Below, piece by piece: positions 29,261 to 32,000 of a stretch of 32,000 nucleotides of DNA (its first letter is position 1; the number at the start of each line of letters is the position of its first letter). The DNA comes from Candidatus Saccharimonadota bacterium (lineage in GTDB: Bacteria > Bacteroidota > Bacteroidia > Flavobacteriales > Blattabacteriaceae): positions 150,001-182,000 of the forward strand of contig NZ_OZ034981.1 of assembly GCF_964030875.1 (NCBI RefSeq), given 5' to 3'. The notes under the pieces are model-generated. The model ran no database searches. It saw only the letters and a program-made list of their open reading frames with translations, and was not told where the DNA came from. The position numbers were made by a program, and so were the translations under genes.

Positions 29261-30316
29261 TTATCTATTAAGAATATATTGACTTAAAAAGTCTCCTACT
29301 TCTTCTGTACCTAAGGATTTATGCTTACAAATATCTACAGTAGATTTTTTATTATGTATAGAATTCTCCACTGATTTTCTTATTTCTTGAGCTTCATTTG
29401 ACAATTCTAAATAATCAAGCATCATCGCGGCTGAAAGCACACACCCTAAAGGATTAGCTATATTTTGGCCTTCAGCTTGGGGATAAGAACCGTGTACTGG
29501 TTCAAAAAGAGCATTTTTTCTACCAATAGAAGCTGAAGGTAATAACCCAATAGAACCAGTAATTACACTAGATTCATCAGATAAAATATCTCCGAACATA
29601 TTTTCCGTTAAAATTATATCAAATCTAGAAGAATTCAGAATAATCTGCATACTAGCATTATCTACAAGAAGAAAATCCACTCTGACTTCAGGATAATCTA
29701 TAGAGATTTTCTTAATAATTTCTCGCCAAAGTCGGGAGGTTTCTAACACATTTGCCTTATCTACTAAAGTAAGTTTTTTTTTTCGTAAAAGCGCTGCTTT
29801 AAAAGCGTCTCGTCCAATACGTTCTATTTCATCGTAAGAATAGCAGCAATAGTCATAAGCTTGTTTTCCATCAACAGAACGGCCTTTTTTACCAAAATAA
29901 ATCCCACTTATGAGCTCACGATAGATGATGAAATCTGTTCCTTTTATATATTCCATTTTTAATGGAGAGGAATTCATTAATAAATCATAAGTAGTTATAG
30001 GACGTATATTACAATAAAGATCCATAACTTTCCTAATTTTTAGTAACCCTTGTTCAGGTCTAATTTTATGATCACTATCATAGTTAGTATTTCCAACAGT
30101 TCCCAATAATACGGCATCACTCTCCATACAAATTTCTAGTGTTTCTTTAGGCAGAGGATCTCCTGTCTTTTGAATAGCTATAGCGCCAATCAAAGCTTCT
30201 TGGTAAACGAAATTATGATTAAACTTCTTAGCTATAGCATTCAATACTTTTATTGATTGTCGCATAATTTCAGGTCCTATACCATCCCCGGATAATATTG
30301 CTATATTTTTTTTCAT
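29261..30316 (-). CDS. leuB: 3-isopropylmalate dehydrogenase (351 aa from ATG 30316)
   Basis: MKKNIAILSGDGIGPEI start, LLGTVG, NIRP, VDKANVLE, LTENMFGDILSDE, FEPVHGSYP. The track start at 30361 would overlap leuD by 32 nt and adds a non-conserved leader, so it is rejected. Confidence 0.95.
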   Translation of the reverse strand: MKKNIAILSGDGIGPEIMRQSIKVLNAIAKKFNHNFVYQEALIGAIAIQKTGDPLPKETLEICMESDAVLLGTVGNTNYDSDHKIRPEQGLLKIRKVMDLYCNIRPITTYDLLMNSSPLKMEYIKGTDFIIYRELISGIYFGKKGRSVDGKQAYDYCCYSYDEIERIGRDAFKAALLRKKKLTLVDKANVLETSRLWREIIKKISIDYPEVRVDFLLVDNASMQIILNSSRFDIILTENMFGDILSDESSVITGSIGLLPSASIGRKNALFEPVHGSYPQAEGQNIANPLGCVLSAAMMLDYLELSNEAQEIRKSVENSIHNKKSTVDICKHKSLGTEEVGDFLSQYILNR

Positions 30317-30329
30317 AATAAAAAAATCC

Positions 30330-30929
30330 TTAAGAAATAAACTCAGAATGCTTTTTCTCAAATGCCTTTATCTTATCTTTAAGACTAATTAGAAAATCTA
30401 TATCGTCATATCCATTAAGAAAACAAATTTTTTTATAGGAATCTATATCAAAACTTTCAGATTTATTGGTGGTTCCTATTTTTAAAATCTGTTTTTCCAA
30501 ATCTACACAGAGTAAGGTGTTCTTATTAATTTGCACTGCTTGGAATAGATCTGTTAAAAATTTGTCAGAAACTTCTATTGGCAATAACCCATTATTCAAA
30601 GTATTTTCTTTGAAAATATCCGCAAAGGAGCTAGAAATTACTACACGAAATCCGTAATCTAAAAGAGCCCATGCAGCATGTTCTCGGCTTGAGCCACAAC
30701 CAAAATTTTTTCCAGTTAGCAATATTTCACCAGAATAAGAAGAATTATTAATAATAAAATTTTTTATGGGGATTCCATTATAAGTAAATCTCCAATCTCT
30801 AAATAAATTTTCACCAAAATGTTCTCTTGTAGTAGTTTTTAAAAAACGTGCTGGGATAATTTGATCGGTATCTATATTTTCTATTTCTAATGGGACAGCT
30901 TTTGAAATAAGGCGGGTGAATTTTTTCAT
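30330..30929 (-). CDS. leuD: 3-isopropylmalate dehydratase small subunit
   Basis: NIDTDQIIPARFLK, LLTGKNFGCGSSREHAAWAL. Confidence 0.95.
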   Translation of the reverse strand: MKKFTRLISKAVPLEIENIDTDQIIPARFLKTTTREHFGENLFRDWRFTYNGIPIKNFIINNSSYSGEILLTGKNFGCGSSREHAAWALLDYGFRVVISSSFADIFKENTLNNGLLPIEVSDKFLTDLFQAVQINKNTLLCVDLEKQILKIGTTNKSESFDIDSYKKICFLNGYDDIDFLISLKDKIKAFEKKHSEFIS

Positions 30930-30934
30930 CTGAT

Positions 30935-32000
30935 CTAATTTAAAAGAGAATTTTCTTCTATATAACGATTTATGTTAACGATTTTTCCTTCTATAGCTGT
31001 TATAGCTGCTACTAAAGGACTAGCTAACAAAGTTCTTGACCCATGACCTTGTCTACCTTCAAAATTTCTGTTGGAAGTAGAAACACAATAAGACCCCGAA
31101 GGGATTTTATCTTCATTCAGACCTAAGCAAGCTGAACATCCAGATTCTCTTAATTCAAATCCAGCCTTTTTAAAGATAATATCTAATCCTTCTTCACGAA
31201 GTTTACGAATTATTTTTTGTGATCCTGGGACAATCATTGCTTGAACATTATGAGCTTTTTTCTTATTTTTTACTATTTTCGCTACTAAATAAAGATCTTC
31301 TAGGCGAGCATTAGTACAACTACCTATAAAAACATAATCAATAGTCTTCCCTATAAGAGATTCATTGTTTTTTAGTCCCATATACTCCAAAGATTTTTGG
31401 TCTGTATGTTTAGGAATTTTTTTACTTATTTTTATCGCCATTCCTGGATTGGTGCCATATGTTATCATGGGTTCTATATCGGAAGCATCGAAAGAATATT
31501 TTCTATCAAATAGAGCATCTTCATCCGTATAAAGATTTTTCCAATACTTTATTGCATTTTTGAAAGTGATCCCAGTAGGAGAAAATTTATGACCCTCTAA
31601 GTAAGAAAAAGTGGTTTTATCCGGAGCAACAATTCCGCCTTTGGCTCCCATTTCAATACTCATATTACAAATAGTCATACGACCTTCCATGCTCATTTGT
31701 CTAAATATACCTCCTGTATATTCTACAAAATGCCCAGTAGCTCCACCGGTTCCAAGTTTGGAAATAATGTATAGTATTACATCTTTGGGAGTCACACCTT
31801 TCTTAAGATTACCCTCGACATGGATACGCATTTGTTTCGGTTTTCTCTGTAGAATACATTGGCTAGCCATTACCATGGCTACTTGACTGGTCCCGATACC
31901 AAAAGCAATAGATCCGAAAGCACCGTGCGTCGAAGTATGGCTATCTCCGCAAACAATAGTCATTCCAGGGAACGTTAGACCCAGTTCAGGTCCGATTACA
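30935..32000 (-). CDS. leuC: 3-isopropylmalate dehydratase large subunit, C-terminal ~355 codons; the gene continues past the right edge
   Basis: The frame stays open to position 32000 ([29 protein letters not shown]). Other motifs: [24 protein letters not shown] (aconitase-family Fe-S ligand regions). Confidence 0.95.
   Translation of the reverse strand, partial: VIGPELGLTFPGMTIVCGDSHTSTHGAFGSIAFGIGTSQVAMVMASQCILQRKPKQMRIHVEGNLKKGVTPKDVILYIISKLGTGGATGHFVEYTGGIFRQMSMEGRMTICNMSIEMGAKGGIVAPDKTTFSYLEGHKFSPTGITFKNAIKYWKNLYTDEDALFDRKYSFDASDIEPMITYGTNPGMAIKISKKIPKHTDQKSLEYMGLKNNESLIGKTIDYVFIGSCTNARLEDLYLVAKIVKNKKKAHNVQAMIVPGSQKIIRKLREEGLDIIFKKAGFELRESGCSACLGLNEDKIPSGSYCVSTSNRNFEGRQGHGSRTLLASPLVAAITAIEGKIVNINRYIEENSLLN

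Overview
AT-rich (about 30% GC by eye), very gene-dense window with no mobile elements. Its content points to a reduced obligate endosymbiont of flavobacterial (Bacteroidetes) ancestry, of the Blattabacterium/Walczuchella/Uzinura/Sulcia type. That assignment is an inference from protein sequence character, a bTHX ribosomal protein gene, a fused ResB/CcsA-type relic and rpoN. Intact genes: mutS, clpX, clpP, tatA, dnaX, sucC, asd, a TrmH-family methyltransferase, rnpA, a THX gene missing from the ORF track, sufS-sufD-sufC-sufB, rplU, rpmA, serS, metF, frr, asnS, rpoN, gltX, acpP, and leuB-leuD-leuC (leuC runs off the right edge). There are five tRNA genes: Leu-UAA, Gly-GCC, Arg-CCU, initiator Met-CAU and Leu-CAA. 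I do not see a defence island, CRISPR array, transposon, prophage, toxin-antitoxin pair or any new multi-gene system, and I do not want to invent one. The unusual signal is active gene decay. At least six loci are recognisable pseudogene relics next to intact partner genes: ccsBA, tig, sufA/iscA, lepA, fabF and one unassigned. dnaX is also split into two overlapping frames. Every short head-to-tail duplication I found by eye (9, 12, 15, 24 and 29 bp units, the last in 4.2 copies) lies inside one of these relics. A 22-nt exact match links the rpoN coding strand to the antisense of the nearby tRNA-Leu(CAA) anticodon and variable arm. All calls rest on manual translation and motif recognition; no database search was run.
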